From: an uncultured Candidatus Rokubacteria bacterium
Lineage (GTDB): Bacteria; Methylomirabilota; Methylomirabilia; Rokubacteriales; DASRDR01
Direction: 5' to 3'
NCBI GenBank assembly: GCA_963826115.1
Contig: CAWGVS010000002.1
Span: forward strand, 176,122 to 240,121
Length of the DNA: 64,000 nt
The translations under genes and the position numbers were made by a program. Position 1 is the first letter of the stretch. Each line of letters opens with the position of its first letter. The notes beneath the pieces were generated by a model. The model was not told the DNA's origin. It searched no databases and saw nothing but the letters and a program-made list of their open reading frames with translations. Positions 36,120-47,779 of the stretch are shown here, one piece after another.

Positions 36120-36865
36120 GCGTCCCTCGAAGACTCCACCGAGGCCGCGGCCGCCGTAGGCTCGTCGTCCTCCTCCTCCGCCCCCGCCGGCGTGAACAGG
36201 TCGAAGTGGTCGCGCAGGAGCTTCGACGCCTGGAGGAAGGCATGGTCCGGGGCGATGCTGCCGTCGGTCGTGATCTCGACCAAGAGTTTCTCGTAGTCGG
36301 TGATGTTGCCGAGCCGGGACATCTCCACCTGGTAGTTCACGCGCCGGATCGGCGAGAACGCCGAGTCGAGGCCGATCGCGCCCGCGGGCACGCTGTCCCC
36401 GTGCCGGTCGGCGGACACGTAGCCCCGGCCGGCGCGGATGCCCACGTCGAGCGTCAGCTTCCCGCCCGCCGTGACGGTGGCCAGGTGGAGGTCGGGGGTC
36501 ACCACCTCGACCCCAGGCCCCGCGAGGTCGGCGCCGGTGGCGGCGCGCGGGCCCCGCACGTCGAGATGGGCCGTGCCCGTCTCGGCGTTGCCGGGAAGCC
36601 GCACGACCAGCTTCTTCATGTTGAGCAGGAGGTTGGCGAGATCCTCCTCGACGCCTGCCACGCGCTCGGCGTTCGCGCTCACGCCCGCGATCTTGACCCA
36701 GACCGGAGCCGTGCCGGGGACCGCCGACAGGAGCACCCGGCGGAGGGAGCCGCCGACCGTCAGCGCGTAGCCCTTCTCGAACGGTTCGGCCGCCATGCGG
36801 CCGAACGTCGGGGTCAGGTTCTCCCATTCGATGCGACGAGGACGCTGGAACATCAACCGCGGCAT
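36116..36865 (-). CDS. rpoA: RNA polymerase alpha subunit, divergent, N-terminal domain only (249 aa)
   Basis: Lies between rpsD and rplQ; EPFEKGY, LRRVLLS, GRGYV, DSAFSPIRRV and TDGSI motifs; stop overlaps rplQ ATG. Confidence 0.9.
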   Translation of the reverse strand: MPRLMFQRPRRIEWENLTPTFGRMAAEPFEKGYALTVGGSLRRVLLSAVPGTAPVWVKIAGVSANAERVAGVEEDLANLLLNMKKLVVRLPGNAETGTAHLDVRGPRAATGADLAGPGVEVVTPDLHLATVTAGGKLTLDVGIRAGRGYVSADRHGDSVPAGAIGLDSAFSPIRRVNYQVEMSRLGNITDYEKLLVEITTDGSIAPDHAFLQASKLLRDHFDLFTPAGAEEEDDEPTAAAASVESSRDA

Positions 36866-36879
36866 TCGTCCGACCTCTC

Positions 36880-37503
36880 TTACTTCGAGTACAGCTCGAC
36901 GATGAGCTGCTCCTGCACCGGAATCTGGATGTCGTCGCGGAGCGGCAGGCTCCGGACGGTGCCCGACTTCTCGGGGGCCGCCAGCTCGAGCCACTGGGGC
37001 ACGTGGCCCCGGCCCGCCGACAGGTTGTCCGTCACCCGGTCCTGGAACTTCGAGGTCGGCCGGAGCCGCACCTGGTCGCCGACCCGCACCAGGAACGACG
37101 GGACCGACACCCGTCGGCCGCTCACCTGGAAGTGCCCGTGCGCCACCATCTGCCGCGCCTCGGCCCTCGAGGCGGCAAAGCCGAGCCGGAACACGACGTT
37201 GTCGAGCCGCCGCTCCAGGAGCCGCAGGAGGTTCTCGCCCGTCACGCCCTTCTGGCCTTCGGCCTGGGCGAAGTAGCGCCGGAACTGACCCTCGAGGAGC
37301 CCGTAGATGCGCTTGGCCTTCTGCTTCTCCCGCAACTGCTGCCCGTACGCCGACTGCTTGGAGCGGCCCAGCCCGTGCTGGCCTGGCGGGTAGTTGCGGC
37401 GCTCGATGGCGCACTTGTCCGTGAAGCAGCGTGAGCCCTTGAGGAAGAGCTTCAGGCCCTCCCGCCGGCACAGCCGGCAGACCGCGTCGTTATACCTGGC
37501 CAA
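36880..37503 (-). CDS. rpsD: 30S ribosomal protein S4
   Basis: [21 protein letters not shown] and LERRLDN motifs; TTG start. Confidence 0.97.
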   Translation of the reverse strand: MARYNDAVCRLCRREGLKLFLKGSRCFTDKCAIERRNYPPGQHGLGRSKQSAYGQQLREKQKAKRIYGLLEGQFRRYFAQAEGQKGVTGENLLRLLERRLDNVVFRLGFAASRAEARQMVAHGHFQVSGRRVSVPSFLVRVGDQVRLRPTSKFQDRVTDNLSAGRGHVPQWLELAAPEKSGTVRSLPLRDDIQIPVQEQLIVELYSK

Positions 37504-37518
37504 CTTCCATCCTCCTCG

Positions 37519-37923
37519 CTACACCCGGCGCCGCTTGGGTGGGCGGCAGCCGTCGTGCGGGATCGGCGTGACGTCGTGGATCGCCGTGATCTCCAGGCCC
37601 ACCGCCTGCAGCGAGCGGATCGCGGCTTCCCGGCCCGCGCCGGGACCCTTCACGTAGACCTCGACCTGCTTGAGTCCGATCTCCATGGCCTTCCGCGCCG
37701 CCGACTCGGCCGCCATCTGCGCGGCGAACGGGGTGCTCTTGCGCGAGCCCTTGAAGCCCACGCTCCCGGCGCTCGCCCACGCGACCACTCCGCCCATCTT
37801 GTCGGTGAGGGTCACGATCGTGTTGTTGAACGTCGCCTGCACGTGGGCGATCCCCGTGCGGACCTCGCGCCGTTCCTTCTTCTTCCCGCTCTTGCGCGGC
37901 TTGCCGGTCCCCGCTTCAGCCAT
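37519..37923 (-). CDS. rpsK: 30S ribosomal protein S11
   Basis: [18 protein letters not shown] and DVTPIPH motifs. Confidence 0.97.
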   Translation of the reverse strand: MAEAGTGKPRKSGKKKERREVRTGIAHVQATFNNTIVTLTDKMGGVVAWASAGSVGFKGSRKSTPFAAQMAAESAARKAMEIGLKQVEVYVKGPGAGREAAIRSLQAVGLEITAIHDVTPIPHDGCRPPKRRRV

Positions 37924-37929
37924 GGTGCC

Positions 37930-38331
37930 CTATGCCTTCCCCGTCGTCGGGTTCTTGCTGGTGGCCTTCTTCCGGATGCCGACCCCGCGCCGGGGGCCCT
38001 TCCGGGTCCGCGCGTTCGTATGGGTGCGCTGCCCCCGGACGGGCAGGCCCTTCCGGTGCCGGATGCCCCGGTAGCTGCCGATGTCCATGAGGCGCTTGAC
38101 GTTCATGGTGACCTCGCGCCGGAGGTCGCCTTCGACCCGCTGCTCGCGGTCGATCACCTCGCGGACCCGCGCGGTCTCGTCCTCGGTCCACTCCCGCACC
38201 CGGCGGTTCAGATCCACCGCCGCCCGGTTCAGGATGCGCCGGGCCGACGAGCGCCCGATGCCGAAGATGTACGTCAAGGCGACCTCGCCCCGCTTGTCCC
38301 GGGGCAGATCCACTCCCGCCACGCGTGCCAT
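37930..38331 (-). CDS. rpsM: 30S ribosomal protein S13
   Basis: [10 protein letters not shown] and [18 protein letters not shown] motifs. Confidence 0.97.
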   Translation of the reverse strand: MARVAGVDLPRDKRGEVALTYIFGIGRSSARRILNRAAVDLNRRVREWTEDETARVREVIDREQRVEGDLRREVTMNVKRLMDIGSYRGIRHRKGLPVRGQRTHTNARTRKGPRRGVGIRKKATSKNPTTGKA

Positions 38332-38355
38332 ACGCCTGTCCTCTCCCGCCGCGCG

Positions 38356-38469
38356 TCAGCCCTGGCGCTGCTTGTGGCGCACGTTCGTGCAGATGACCCG
38401 CACGACGCCCTTGCGCCGGATGATCTTGCACTTCTCGCATCGCGTCCTGACCGATGGTCGTACTTTCAT
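38356..38469 (-). CDS. rpmJ: 50S ribosomal protein L36 (Zn-binding type)
   Basis: Manual translation [37 protein letters not shown]. Confidence 0.95.
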   Translation of the reverse strand: MKVRPSVRTRCEKCKIIRRKGVVRVICTNVRHKQRQG

Positions 38470-38496
38470 CGTCGGTTCTTCCTGACCCCGGTCGCT

Positions 38497-38763
38497 CTAC
38501 TTGAACCGGTACGTGATCCGGCCCCGCGTCAGGTCGTACGCCGACAGCTCGACCTTGACCCGGTCGCCGGGCAGGATCCGGATAAAGTGCATGCGCATCT
38601 TGCCCGAGACATGGGTCAGCACGCGGTGCCCGTTGTCCAGCTCGACCCGGAACATGGCATTCGGCAGGGGCTCGACCACCTTGCCCTCCACCTCGATCGC
38701 GTCGTCCTTGGGCTTCTTGCCCTCCCGCTCCTCGGGAAACTGGCCGCGTCGCCGCCGCCCCAT
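38497..38763 (-). CDS. infA: Translation initiation factor IF-1 with N-terminal extension
   Basis: KDDAIEVEG...LPNAMFRV...SGKMR...[11 protein letters not shown]; TGATG overlap with map. Confidence 0.93.
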   Translation of the reverse strand: MGRRRRGQFPEEREGKKPKDDAIEVEGKVVEPLPNAMFRVELDNGHRVLTHVSGKMRMHFIRILPGDRVKVELSAYDLTRGRITYRFK

Positions 38764-39527
38764 CAGGCCGCCTCCCTCGCGTCCGCCGTGAGCACGTCCG
38801 GGCCGCGCTCGGTGACGGCCACCGTGTGCTCGAAGTGCGCCGCCAGGCTCCCGTCCGCGGTCACCGCCGTCCACCGGTCCTCGAGCACGCGCACCTCCCA
38901 GTGCCCCATCGTGACCATGGGCTCGAGGGCGAGCACCATGCCAGCCCGCAGCAAGGGCCCCCGGCCGGGCTCCCCGAAGTTCGGCACCTGGGGGTCCTCG
39001 TGGAGCGCGCGGCCGATGCCGTGCCCGACGAAGGCCCGCACGATCCCGAAACCCGCCGCCTCCACGTGCCGCTGGACCGCCGCCGACACGTCGCCCAGGC
39101 GCTGGCCGGGCCGACACTGCGCGATGGCCAGCTCCAGCGACTCGCGCGTCACGTCGAGCAGGCGCCGCGTCTCCTCGGCCACCTCGCCGACCGGCAGCGT
39201 CACGGCCGCGTCCGCGTAGTACCCCTCGACGATGGCGCCCAGGTCCAGGCCGATGATGTCCCCCTCCCGCAACCGGCGGCGGGCCGCCGGAATGCCGTGG
39301 ACGACCTCCTCGTTGATCGAGGCGCAGATCGTGGCCGGGAAGCCGCGGTACCCCTTGAACGCCGGCTTCGCCTTCCGCTCCCGGATCAAGCCCTCCACTT
39401 CGCGGTCGATCTCGAGGGTCGACACCCCCGGCTTCACGAGGTCGCGGCACATCCGGAAGGCGTCGGCCAGGATCTGGCCGGCCTCGCGCATGTGCGCGAT
39501 CTGGGCGGGCGACTTCAGCTCGATCAC
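38763..39527 (-). CDS. map: Methionine aminopeptidase type I
   Basis: [22 protein letters not shown] and AHFEHT motifs. Confidence 0.96.
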   Translation of the reverse strand: MIELKSPAQIAHMREAGQILADAFRMCRDLVKPGVSTLEIDREVEGLIRERKAKPAFKGYRGFPATICASINEEVVHGIPAARRRLREGDIIGLDLGAIVEGYYADAAVTLPVGEVAEETRRLLDVTRESLELAIAQCRPGQRLGDVSAAVQRHVEAAGFGIVRAFVGHGIGRALHEDPQVPNFGEPGRGPLLRAGMVLALEPMVTMGHWEVRVLEDRWTAVTADGSLAAHFEHTVAVTERGPDVLTADAREAA

Positions 39528-40174
39528 CGTGGACCCTCGGTGGCCGCCACGAGGTCCGCGTGGACGGCGTCCATCGTGCCGGCGCCGGTGATCGCGGTGA
39601 GGAGTCCGCGCCGCTGGTAGTAGTCGACGAGCGGGCGCGTGTCCCGCGCGTAGACGGCCAGCCGCCGCCGCACCGTCGCCTCCTCGTCATCCGTGCGCTG
39701 GTAGAGCTCCCCCCCGCACGCATCGCACCGGCCCGGCACCCGGGGCGGCGAGAGCGTCACGTGGTAGTTGCGGCCGCAGCTCCGGCACACCCGTCGACCG
39801 GTGAGGCGCGCCACCAGATCCTCGTCGGCGATCTGGAACAGCACCACGCGGTCGAGAGGCGTGCCCTCGGCCTCGAGGAGCTGGTCGAGGGCCGCCGCCT
39901 GGGCCGCCGTGCGCGGGAAGCCGTCCAGGACGAACCCCTTCCGGCCGTCCGGCTGGGCGAGCCGCTCGCGGACGAGCCCGATGATCACGGCGTCGGGCAC
40001 GAGCTCCCCGGCGTCCATGTACCGGCGCGCCTCGAGCCCGAGCTGGGTCCCGTGGGCAACGGCCTCCCGGAGCATGTCCCCCGTCGCGACCTGGGGCACG
40101 CTCCACCGCGTGGCGAGACGCCGCGCCTGCGTCCCCTTTCCCGCGCCCGGAGGGCCGAGCAGCACGACCCGCAT
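39524..40174 (-). CDS. adk: Adenylate kinase (Zn-binding LID)
   Basis: [17 protein letters not shown] and CRSC...CDAC motifs. Confidence 0.96.
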   Translation of the reverse strand: MRVVLLGPPGAGKGTQARRLATRWSVPQVATGDMLREAVAHGTQLGLEARRYMDAGELVPDAVIIGLVRERLAQPDGRKGFVLDGFPRTAAQAAALDQLLEAEGTPLDRVVLFQIADEDLVARLTGRRVCRSCGRNYHVTLSPPRVPGRCDACGGELYQRTDDEEATVRRRLAVYARDTRPLVDYYQRRGLLTAITGAGTMDAVHADLVAATEGPR

Positions 40175-40175
40175 G

Positions 40176-41498
40176 TCAGGCGCGCGCCTTCGTGCGGCGG
40201 CGGAGGAATCCCTCGTAGTGCCGCATCAGGAGGTGCGACTCCATCTGCCGCACGGTGTCGAGGGCCACGCCGACGACGATGAGGAGGCTCGTGCCGCCGA
40301 AGTAGAACGGCACGTTGAACGCCCGGATCAGGAAGTCCGGCAAGACCGAGATCATGGCCAGGAAGATCGCGCCCGGCAGGGTGATCCGGGTCAGCACGCG
40401 GTCGATGTACTCCGAGGTCTTCTTCCCGGGGCGCACGCCGGGGATGAAGCCGCCGTACTTCTTCATGTTGTCCGCGAGGTCGTTCGGATTGAAGATGATC
40501 GCGGTGTAGAAGTACGTGAAAAAGATGATGAAGCCCATGTAGAGGACGTAGTAGAGGCCGTGCTGCGGCAGGGGGCCCGGCGAGAGCGCGTCGGACACCG
40601 CCTGCATCCACCAAGTCGGGACGAATCGGGCGAGCGTCGCCGGGAACAGGATCAACGACGAGGCGAAGATCACCGGGATCACGCCGGCCGTGTTGATCCG
40701 GAGCGGGATGTGGGTCGATTGCCCTCCGTAGACCCGCCGCCCGACCACGCGTTTGGCGTACTGGACCTGGATTTTCCGCTGGCCCTCCTGCATGACGATG
40801 ACCGCGGCGGTCACCCCCAGCATGAGCGCGATCACGCCCAGCAGCGCGAGCGGCTTGATCTCACCCGTACGGAGGAGCTGGAAGGTCCCCTCGAGCGCCG
40901 ACGGCAGCCGGACCACGATGCCGGCGAAGATGATCAGCGAGATGCCGTTCCCGATCCCCTTCTCGGAGATCTGCTCGCCGAGCCACATGATCAGCGCGGT
41001 CCCCGACGTCAGCGTCATCATCGTGATCACGCGGAAGGCCCAGCCCTTGTTCGGCACCAGGGTGACCCCGCCCGCGTCCATGCTCTCCAGGCCGATGGCG
41101 ATGAACAGCGACTGGAACGCCGAGAGCACGATCGTGCCGTAGCGCGTGTACTGCGTGATCTTCTTGCGCCCGGCCTCGCCCTCCTTGGCCAGCCGCTCGA
41201 GGGCCGGCACCACGACCGTCAGGAGCTGGAGGATGATCGAGGCGGAGATGTACGGCATGATCCCGAGGGCGAACACCGTCAGGCTGCGGAGGTTGCCACC
41301 CGAGAAGAGATCCACCAGCCCCAGGAGGGTTCCCTGGACGCTGTCGAAGAACCGCGCGAGCGCGGCGGCGTCGACGCCCGGGGTGGGCACGTGCGCGCCG
41401 AGCCGGTACGCGGCCAGGAGCCCCGCCGTCACCAGGAGCCGGCGCTTGAGCTCCGGGATCTTGGTGACGTTCTGGAGGTTCTGGAGGATCTCGATCAC
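40176..41498 (-). CDS. secY: Preprotein translocase SecY
   Basis: GTG 41498; [32 protein letters not shown] and [12 protein letters not shown] motifs. Confidence 0.97.
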   Translation of the reverse strand: MIEILQNLQNVTKIPELKRRLLVTAGLLAAYRLGAHVPTPGVDAAALARFFDSVQGTLLGLVDLFSGGNLRSLTVFALGIMPYISASIILQLLTVVVPALERLAKEGEAGRKKITQYTRYGTIVLSAFQSLFIAIGLESMDAGGVTLVPNKGWAFRVITMMTLTSGTALIMWLGEQISEKGIGNGISLIIFAGIVVRLPSALEGTFQLLRTGEIKPLALLGVIALMLGVTAAVIVMQEGQRKIQVQYAKRVVGRRVYGGQSTHIPLRINTAGVIPVIFASSLILFPATLARFVPTWWMQAVSDALSPGPLPQHGLYYVLYMGFIIFFTYFYTAIIFNPNDLADNMKKYGGFIPGVRPGKKTSEYIDRVLTRITLPGAIFLAMISVLPDFLIRAFNVPFYFGGTSLLIVVGVALDTVRQMESHLLMRHYEGFLRRRTKARA

Positions 41499-41953
41499 GC
41501 CGACAGCACCTCGGTCCGGCCGCCCGCCGCCGCGATCTTGGCCGCCGCCGCCTTGGAGAAGGCGTGGGCGCGCACCATCAGCGCGGTCCCGGCCGCCAGC
41601 TCGCCGTCGCCCAGCACCTTGACCAGGCCGCTCTCGCCCGCCTTCACGAGCCCCGCGCCCACGAGGGCCTCGGGACCGACCTCCCCGCCCTTGGGGAAGC
41701 ACCGGGCCAGGTCGCTCAGGTTCACCACGGCGAACTCGCGGTGGAACCGGTTCTTGAAGCCCCGCTTGGGGATCCGGCGGTAGAGCGGCATCTGCCCGCC
41801 CTCGAAGCCCGGGCCCTTGCCGCCGCCCGAGCGCGCCTTGTGCCCCTTGTGCCCCTTCGTGGACGTCTTGCCGTGGCCCGACCCGGGCCCGCGACCCACG
41901 CGCTTGCGTGGCTTCCGGGCGCCGCGCGGGGGCCGGAGATCCCCGAGCTTCAT
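41495..41953 (-). CDS. rplO: 50S ribosomal protein L15
   Basis: [13 protein letters not shown] and GFEGGQMPL motifs. Confidence 0.96.
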   Translation of the reverse strand: MKLGDLRPPRGARKPRKRVGRGPGSGHGKTSTKGHKGHKARSGGGKGPGFEGGQMPLYRRIPKRGFKNRFHREFAVVNLSDLARCFPKGGEVGPEALVGAGLVKAGESGLVKVLGDGELAAGTALMVRAHAFSKAAAAKIAAAGGRTEVLSA

Positions 41954-42201
41954 GCCGAGCGCTCCTTCGTGGGCCGGGCGGCCGTGGCGGTCCCGCGGCT
42001 CGTGGGGACGGCGCCCGTCACCGGCATCACCTCGATGGCGTACGACACCCGCGCGATCATGCCGCGGATCACCGGCGTGTCGTGGTGGACGACGCTCGCG
42101 CGGATCCGCCGCAGCCCGAGCGCCTCGAGCGTGCGCACGTGACCCGGCAGGAGGCCGATCCGGCTGCGCACGAGGCTGATCTTCAGCTTGCTGCTAGACA
42201 A
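41950..42201 (-). CDS. rpmD: 50S ribosomal protein L30 with C-terminal extension
   Basis: [11 protein letters not shown]...ALGLRRI...IRGMI; operon position. Confidence 0.9.
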   Translation of the reverse strand: MSSSKLKISLVRSRIGLLPGHVRTLEALGLRRIRASVVHHDTPVIRGMIARVSYAIEVMPVTGAVPTSRGTATAARPTKERSA

Positions 42202-42712
42202 GGACGGTCTCCTCCGCCTCCGCGGTCCCCTTGCGCCGGAGCCCCTGGAGATCCTGGAGCTTCCGGATTCGCCGGAGCGCGTCCAGGGTCGCCTTGAGCA
42301 CGTTGTGCGGGTTGTGCGAGCCCAGCGTCTTCGTCAGCACGTCCTGGATACCCGCCGCCTCCAGCACCGCCCGGACCGCGCCGCCCGCGATCAAGCCCGT
42401 GCCCTGCGTGGCCGGGCGGAGGAACACGCGCCCCGAGCCGTAGTGCCCGGTGATCTCGCAGGGGAGCGTCGTGTCGCGGAGCGGGACGTAGAGCAGATCC
42501 TTCTTCGCGTGCTCGACGGCCTTCCGGATCGCCTCGGGGACCTCGTGCGCTTTCCCGAGACCCACGCCCACGTGCCCGCCGCCGTCGCCCACGACGACGA
42601 GGGCGGTGAAGGAGAACCGACGTCCGCCCTTCACCACCTTGGCCACGCGATTGATGGCGACCACCTTGTCCTTCAGCTCGAGCCCGCTCGGATCGATGCG
42701 CCCCTCCGCCAT
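42194..42712 (-). CDS. rpsE: 30S ribosomal protein S5
   Basis: [24 protein letters not shown]. Confidence 0.97.
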   Translation of the reverse strand: MAEGRIDPSGLELKDKVVAINRVAKVVKGGRRFSFTALVVVGDGGGHVGVGLGKAHEVPEAIRKAVEHAKKDLLYVPLRDTTLPCEITGHYGSGRVFLRPATQGTGLIAGGAVRAVLEAAGIQDVLTKTLGSHNPHNVLKATLDALRRIRKLQDLQGLRRKGTAEAEETVLV

Positions 42713-42735
42713 GTCCTCTCCAGTCGTCCCGGCCG

Positions 42736-43101
42736 CTAGAACACGAGGCCCGCGGCGCGCGCCGCGTCCGCCAGGGCCTTCACGCGGCCGTGGTACTTGT
42801 AGCCGCCGCGGTCGAACACGACCGCCGCGATCCCCCCGGCCTTGGCCTTCCGGGCGATCAGGTCGCCCACCGCCTTCGCCGCCGCCACGTTGCCGCCCGT
42901 GCGCAGCGTGTCCCGGAGCTCGGGCGACAGGCTGCCCGCCGCGACCACCGTGACGCCCCGCTCGTCGTCGACCACCTGGGCGTAGATGTGCTTGACGCTC
43001 CGGAACACCACCAAGCGGGGGCGCTCCACCGATCCGCGCACGACGCGCCGGATGCGGCGGTGCCGCTTCACCCGTCCCTCCACGCGCTCTCTCACGCCCA
43101 C
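42736..43101 (-). CDS. rplR: 50S ribosomal protein L18
   Basis: RPRLVVFRS and [13 protein letters not shown] motifs. Confidence 0.97.
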   Translation of the reverse strand: MGVRERVEGRVKRHRRIRRVVRGSVERPRLVVFRSVKHIYAQVVDDERGVTVVAAGSLSPELRDTLRTGGNVAAAKAVGDLIARKAKAGGIAAVVFDRGGYKYHGRVKALADAARAAGLVF

Positions 43102-43128
43102 CGTCGTCTCTCCTCGGGGAATCGCCGG

Positions 43129-43668
43129 CTACTTGGCGCCGGTCTTCCCGACCTTCTTGCGGACCACTTCGCCCGCGTAGCGCACGCCCTTGCCCTTGTA
43201 CGAGTCGGGCGGCCGCAGGGCCCGAAGCTGCGCCGCGGTCTGGCCGACCAGGTACTTGTCCACGCCGCGGAGCGTGATCGCCGTCTGCTTGTCCACCTCG
43301 GCGGTCACACCGTCCGGCAGCGGGAACACGATCGGGTGCGAGTAGCCCAGGGCGAACGTGAGGTTCTTCCCGGCCTGCTGGACCCGGTACCCGATCCCCT
43401 GGATCTCGAGCTTCCGCTCGAAGCCCTCGGTGACCCCCTGGACCATGTTCGCGACCAGGGCCCGCGTGAGCCCGTGGAGCGCCCGCGCCGTCCGGTTCTC
43501 GGCGCCGCGCGCCACCACCACGCTGCCCTCGGCGACCTTCACCGAGCAGAGCTCGTGGACGCGAAGCTCGAGGCGGCCCTTCGGACCCTTGACCTCGACC
43601 TGCTGCCCCTGGATGCCCACCTGGACACCCTTGGGGATCGTGATCGGCTTCCTGCCTATCCTCGACAT
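43129..43668 (-). CDS. rplF: 50S ribosomal protein L6
   Basis: [14 protein letters not shown] and YKGKGVRY motifs. Confidence 0.97.
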   Translation of the reverse strand: MSRIGRKPITIPKGVQVGIQGQQVEVKGPKGRLELRVHELCSVKVAEGSVVVARGAENRTARALHGLTRALVANMVQGVTEGFERKLEIQGIGYRVQQAGKNLTFALGYSHPIVFPLPDGVTAEVDKQTAITLRGVDKYLVGQTAAQLRALRPPDSYKGKGVRYAGEVVRKKVGKTGAK

Positions 43669-43708
43669 CGTCTCGTCCCTCGCCCCGGTCGCAGCCCGGC
43701 GGGCCGCG

Positions 43709-44110
43709 CTACCAGACGTAGCAGAGGACCTCCCCGCCCACCTTCGCCTTGCGGGACTCCCGGTCCGTGAGCACGCCGCGCGGCGTGGACAGGATCGCCA
43801 CACCCATCCCGCCGAGCACGCTCGGGATCCGGTCGGCCCCCACGTACAGCCGGCGCCCCGGCTTGGACACCCGCCGGAGCCCGCTGATCACCCGCTCCTG
43901 CCCCGGGCCGTACTTCAGGTAGACGCGGAGCACGCCCTGGTGCTTGTCCTCGAGGAGCCGGAAGTTCTTGATGAACCCCTCCTCCTTCAGGATCTCCGCC
44001 AGCCGCACCTTCAGCTTCGAGGCCGGGATGTCGACCTTCTCGTGCTCGGCCAGGCTGCCGTTGCGGATGCGCGTCAGCAGGTCCGCCACCGGATCCGTCA
44101 CCATCGCCAT
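43709..44110 (-). CDS. rpsH: 30S ribosomal protein S8
   Basis: [21 protein letters not shown] and GGEVLCYVW motifs. Confidence 0.97.
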   Translation of the reverse strand: MAMVTDPVADLLTRIRNGSLAEHEKVDIPASKLKVRLAEILKEEGFIKNFRLLEDKHQGVLRVYLKYGPGQERVISGLRRVSKPGRRLYVGADRIPSVLGGMGVAILSTPRGVLTDRESRKAKVGGEVLCYVW

Positions 44111-44133
44111 GAATCGCTCTCCCTCGGCCCGGC

Positions 44134-44319
44134 CTACCAGGAGGCCTTCGCCACGCCCGGGATCTCGCCGCGCAGGGCCAGGCCTCGGAAGCAGATGCGG
44201 CACAGCATGAACTTGCGGAGGTAGCCCCGCGGCCGCCCGCAGAGCCGGCACCGCGTGTAGGCGCGCACCTTGAACTTCGGCGTGCTCCGCTGCTTGTTGA
44301 TCAGGGACGTCTTTGCCAT
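44134..44319 (-). CDS. rpsN: 30S ribosomal protein S14 type Z
   Basis: RCRLCGRPR...LCRICFR...ASW. Confidence 0.96.
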   Translation of the reverse strand: MAKTSLINKQRSTPKFKVRAYTRCRLCGRPRGYLRKFMLCRICFRGLALRGEIPGVAKASW

Positions 44320-44334
44320 GGGCTTGTTCTCCGC

Positions 44335-45039
44335 CTACTCGCGGAACGGGACGCCGAGGTGCGTCAGGAGGGCCTTCGCTTCCTCGTCGGTCTCGGCCGT
44401 CGTGCAGATGATGATGTCCATCCCCCGGACCTTGTCGATCTTGTCGTACAGGATCTCCGGGAAGATGATCTGCTCCTTGAGTCCGAGGGCGTAGTTCCCG
44501 CGCCCGTCGAACGACTTGGGGGAGACCCCCCGGAAGTCGCGCACGCGCGGCAGGGCCACGCTCACCAGACGGTCGAGGAACTCGTACATCCGCGCGCCGC
44601 GGAGCGTCGTCTTCGCCCCCACCGGCATGCCCTCGCGGACCTTGAACGCGGCAATCGACTTCTTCGCCTTTGTGATCACGGCCTTCTGGCCCGTGATCGC
44701 CACCATGTCGGCGGCGGCGGCGTCCAATGCCTTCGCGTTCTCCTTGGCCTCGCCGAGTCCCATGTTGAGCACGATCTTGACGAGACGCGGAGCCTGGTGC
44801 GGGTTCTTGTACCCCCGCTCCTGCATGAGGGCGGGCACGATGGCGGTCCGGTACCGCTCGCGCATCCGCGGCGGGACCGTCCCCGTGCCGCGCGCCTTGG
44901 TTGGCGCCGCCGCCGGGGCGGCCTTGGCCGCCGTGGCGCCCTTGCCGCCGCGCGCGGGCGTCCCGGGCTTGCCACCCCCCGCCGGCTTGGCCCCGGGCGC
45001 CTTCGCCGGCGCGCCCTCGGGCTTGTCTCCCTTCGCCAT
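44335..45039 (-). CDS. rplE: 50S ribosomal protein L5 with N-terminal low-complexity extension
   Basis: [22 protein letters not shown] and FDGRGNY motifs. Confidence 0.96.
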   Translation of the reverse strand: MAKGDKPEGAPAKAPGAKPAGGGKPGTPARGGKGATAAKAAPAAAPTKARGTGTVPPRMRERYRTAIVPALMQERGYKNPHQAPRLVKIVLNMGLGEAKENAKALDAAAADMVAITGQKAVITKAKKSIAAFKVREGMPVGAKTTLRGARMYEFLDRLVSVALPRVRDFRGVSPKSFDGRGNYALGLKEQIIFPEILYDKIDKVRGMDIIICTTAETDEEAKALLTHLGVPFRE

Positions 45040-45051
45040 CGCCCGTCTCCT

Positions 45052-45384
45052 CTAGCTCTTGTCGACGATCTCGCCGCAGCGCTTGCAGACGCGCGTCCGG
45101 CGGCCGTTCGCCAGCACTTGCTTGCCGATCCGAGTCGGCTTGTCGCACTTCCCGCAGACCAGCATCAGGTTCGAGACGTGCAGCGGCGCCTCGCGCTCGA
45201 TGATCCCGCCCTGACGGAGCTTCTGCGTCGGGCGCTGGTGCCGCTTGACCATGTTCACGCGCTCTACGAGCACGCGCTCCTTGGCCGGCAGCACGAAGAG
45301 GACCTTCCCGCGCTTGCCCTTCTCCCGCCCCGCGATGACCACCACCGTGTCGTTCTTCCGAATCGCCAGCCCTGGACCCGTCAT
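45052..45384 (-). CDS. rplX: 50S ribosomal protein L24
   Basis: [13 protein letters not shown] and EAPLHVSN motifs. Confidence 0.96.
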   Translation of the reverse strand: MTGPGLAIRKNDTVVVIAGREKGKRGKVLFVLPAKERVLVERVNMVKRHQRPTQKLRQGGIIEREAPLHVSNLMLVCGKCDKPTRIGKQVLANGRRTRVCKRCGEIVDKS

Positions 45385-45391
45385 GGCCGCC

Positions 45392-45760
45392 TCAGATGAC
45401 CTCGGGCGCGAGCGAGATGATCTTCAGGAACTGCCGGTCGCGCAGCTCGCGCGCCACGGGCCCGAAGATACGCGTCCCGATCGGATTGTTCTGGGGGTTC
45501 AGGAGCACCGCCGCGTTCCGGTCGAACTTGATGTGCGAGCCGTCCGGCCGCCGGATCTCCTTCGCCGTCCGCACCACGACCGCGCGGGCCACGTCGCCCT
45601 TCTTGACGGAGCCATCGGGGGTGGCTTCCTTCACCGCCACGATGATCGTGTCCCCAATCGACGCGTACTTCTTGTTCGAGCCGCCCATCACCCGGATGCA
45701 CTGGACCTTCCGGGCGCCCGAGTTGTCGGCGACGTCCAGCATCGTCCGCGGTTGAATCAT
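45392..45760 (-). CDS. rplN: 50S ribosomal protein L14
   Basis: VADNSGA and [13 protein letters not shown] motifs. Confidence 0.97.
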   Translation of the reverse strand: MIQPRTMLDVADNSGARKVQCIRVMGGSNKKYASIGDTIIVAVKEATPDGSVKKGDVARAVVVRTAKEIRRPDGSHIKFDRNAAVLLNPQNNPIGTRIFGPVARELRDRQFLKIISLAPEVI

Positions 45761-45784
45761 GGCTGTCCGCTCCCCGGGTCGGGC

Positions 45785-46027
45785 TCAGGAGGCCCGCTCG
45801 AGGATCTCCTTGATCCGCCACCGCTTGTCCTTGGACAGAGGGCGGGTCTCCACGATGAGCACGCGGTCCCCCACGTGCGCCTCGTTCTTCTCGTCGTGCG
45901 CCTTGAACCGCGTCGCGCGCTTGACGACACGCTCGTAGCGAGCGTGGCGGAACGCGCGCTCCACCACGACCACTCGCGTCTTGCTCATCTTGTCGCTGAC
46001 CACCAGCCCGACTCGCGTCTTCAGCAC
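45785..46027 (-). CDS. rpsQ: 30S ribosomal protein S17
   Basis: [13 protein letters not shown] and [11 protein letters not shown] motifs. Confidence 0.96.
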   Translation of the reverse strand: MLKTRVGLVVSDKMSKTRVVVVERAFRHARYERVVKRATRFKAHDEKNEAHVGDRVLIVETRPLSKDKRWRIKEILERAS

Positions 46028-46044
46028 GCCTCGCCTCCCGCCCC

Positions 46045-46251
46045 TCAGCCGCGCCGGAGCCCGAGCGCCCGCTCCCGGAGGAGCGTCTGCACGCGGGCCA
46101 GCTCGCGCCGGGCCTGGCCGATGCGCGCCGGATTCTTGGCCATCGCCATCGAGACCTGGAACCGGAGGTTGAAGACTTCCTCCCGGAGCTCACGGGCCTT
46201 CTGCCCGAGCTCGGCCTCGCTCAGATCGCGCATGTTCGTCTTGTTCTTCAT
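46045..46251 (-). CDS. rpmC: 50S ribosomal protein L29
   Basis: FNLRFQ...RRELARVQT; operon position. Confidence 0.93.
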   Translation of the reverse strand: MKNKTNMRDLSEAELGQKARELREEVFNLRFQVSMAMAKNPARIGQARRELARVQTLLRERALGLRRG

Positions 46252-46261
46252 CGCGCTGTCC

Positions 46262-46675
46262 TCACGCCCGCTCGCGCTTGACCATCTTGGTCCGGATGGG
46301 CAGCTTGTTACCCGCCAGGCGGAACGCCTCCCGCGCGACGTCCTCGGTCAACCCCTCCATTTCGTAGAGGATCCGGCCCGGCTTGACGACGGCCACCCAG
46401 TACTCCGGGTTCCCCTTGCCCTTGCCCATGCGGGTCTCCGCCGGCTTCTTGGTGAAGGGCTTGTCCGGGAAGATCCGGATCCAGATCTTGCCGCCCCGCT
46501 TGACCGCCCGCGTCAGGGCGACCCGGCCGGCCTCGATCTGGCGGTTCGTGAGCCAGCACGGCTCGAGCGCCTTCAGGCCGAAGTCGCCGAAGGCGAGCGT
46601 CGCCCCCCGGTGCGCGGTACCCTTCATCCGGCCACGCTGGGCCTTGCGGTACTTGACGCGCTTGGGTTGGAGCAT
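46262..46675 (-). CDS. rplP: 50S ribosomal protein L16
   Basis: [11 protein letters not shown] and ETRMGKGKG motifs. Confidence 0.97.
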   Translation of the reverse strand: MLQPKRVKYRKAQRGRMKGTAHRGATLAFGDFGLKALEPCWLTNRQIEAGRVALTRAVKRGGKIWIRIFPDKPFTKKPAETRMGKGKGNPEYWVAVVKPGRILYEMEGLTEDVAREAFRLAGNKLPIRTKMVKRERA

Positions 46676-46684
46676 GGCGCCCGA

Positions 46685-47335
46685 CTAGCCCAGCTCGGCA
46701 GCCCGCGCCGCCGGCAGGACCTCACCCTTGAAGATCCAGACTTTCACGCCGATCGTCCCGTACGTGGTGTGGGCGGTCGCGATCCCGAAGTCGAGGTCGG
46801 CCCGGAGCGTCTGGAGCGGCACCCGCCCGTCGCGGTACCACTCGCGACGCGCGATCTCGGCGCCGCCGAGCCGCCCCGCGCACGCGATCCGCACGCCCTC
46901 GGCCCCGAGCCGCACCGAGCTCTGCACGGCCTTCTTCATCGCGCGCCGGAACGCGACCCGCTTCTCGAGCTGGAGCGCGATGTTCTCGGCGACCAGCTGC
47001 GAGTCGAGCTCGGGGTGCACCACCTCCTGGATGTCGAGGTGAATCTCCTTCCCCGTCCGGACTTGCAGCTCGTTCTTGAGCTTCTCGACCTCCGCCCCCT
47101 TCCGGCCGATGATGATCCCGGGCCGCGCGGTGTGCACGATGATCCGGGCCCGGTTCGCCGAGCGCTCGACGTCGATGCGCGAGATGCCGGCGTGGTAGAG
47201 GGCGTCCTTGATGTAGCGCCGGATCTTCACGTCCTCGTGGAGCATGTTCGCGTACTCCTTCCCCGCGAACCACCGCGAGCTCCACGTCCGGGTCGTGCCG
47301 AGCCGGAATCCGATCGGGTGGACCTTCTGCCCCAT
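46685..47335 (-). CDS. rpsC: 30S ribosomal protein S3
   Basis: [13 protein letters not shown] and [10 protein letters not shown] motifs. Confidence 0.97.
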   Translation of the reverse strand: MGQKVHPIGFRLGTTRTWSSRWFAGKEYANMLHEDVKIRRYIKDALYHAGISRIDVERSANRARIIVHTARPGIIIGRKGAEVEKLKNELQVRTGKEIHLDIQEVVHPELDSQLVAENIALQLEKRVAFRRAMKKAVQSSVRLGAEGVRIACAGRLGGAEIARREWYRDGRVPLQTLRADLDFGIATAHTTYGTIGVKVWIFKGEVLPAARAAELG

Positions 47336-47767
47336 CTACGCGCTCCTCGTCGTCGTCTTGGCCGGGCGGCGTCCGCCGGCGGCGCGCGCCCGCGTCGCCA
47401 CAGCGGGCCGTCGCCGCGCCGGCGCCGCGCCCGGGCCGGCCTCGGCCAGGGACACCGTGATGTGGGCGAGCCGGTGGCGGATCCAGAAGGCGCGGCCCAT
47501 GGCGCGCGGCTGGATCCGCTTGAGCGACGGTCCCCCGTCGATCACCGGGTTCACCCGGAGGTCGTCCAGGCTCCGCACCTGGTGGTTGTGCTCCGCGTTG
47601 GCGACCGCCGACCGCAGCACCTTCTCGATGTGCCGCGCGGCCACCTGGGGCGAGTACTGGAGGATGGCCAGCGCCTCCGCCACCGTCTTGCCGCGGACGA
47701 GGTCCGCGACCAGACGCGCCTTGCGGGGCGACACCCGGATGTACCGTGCGACGGCCTTGGTCAGCAT
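47336..47767 (-). CDS. rplV: 50S ribosomal protein L22 with C-terminal extension
   Basis: SPRKARLV, SAVANA and PRAMGRA motifs. Confidence 0.96.
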   Translation of the reverse strand: MLTKAVARYIRVSPRKARLVADLVRGKTVAEALAILQYSPQVAARHIEKVLRSAVANAEHNHQVRSLDDLRVNPVIDGGPSLKRIQPRAMGRAFWIRHRLAHITVSLAEAGPGAAPARRRPAVATRARAAGGRRPAKTTTRSA

Positions 47768-47779
47768 GGAGTCTCCGTC

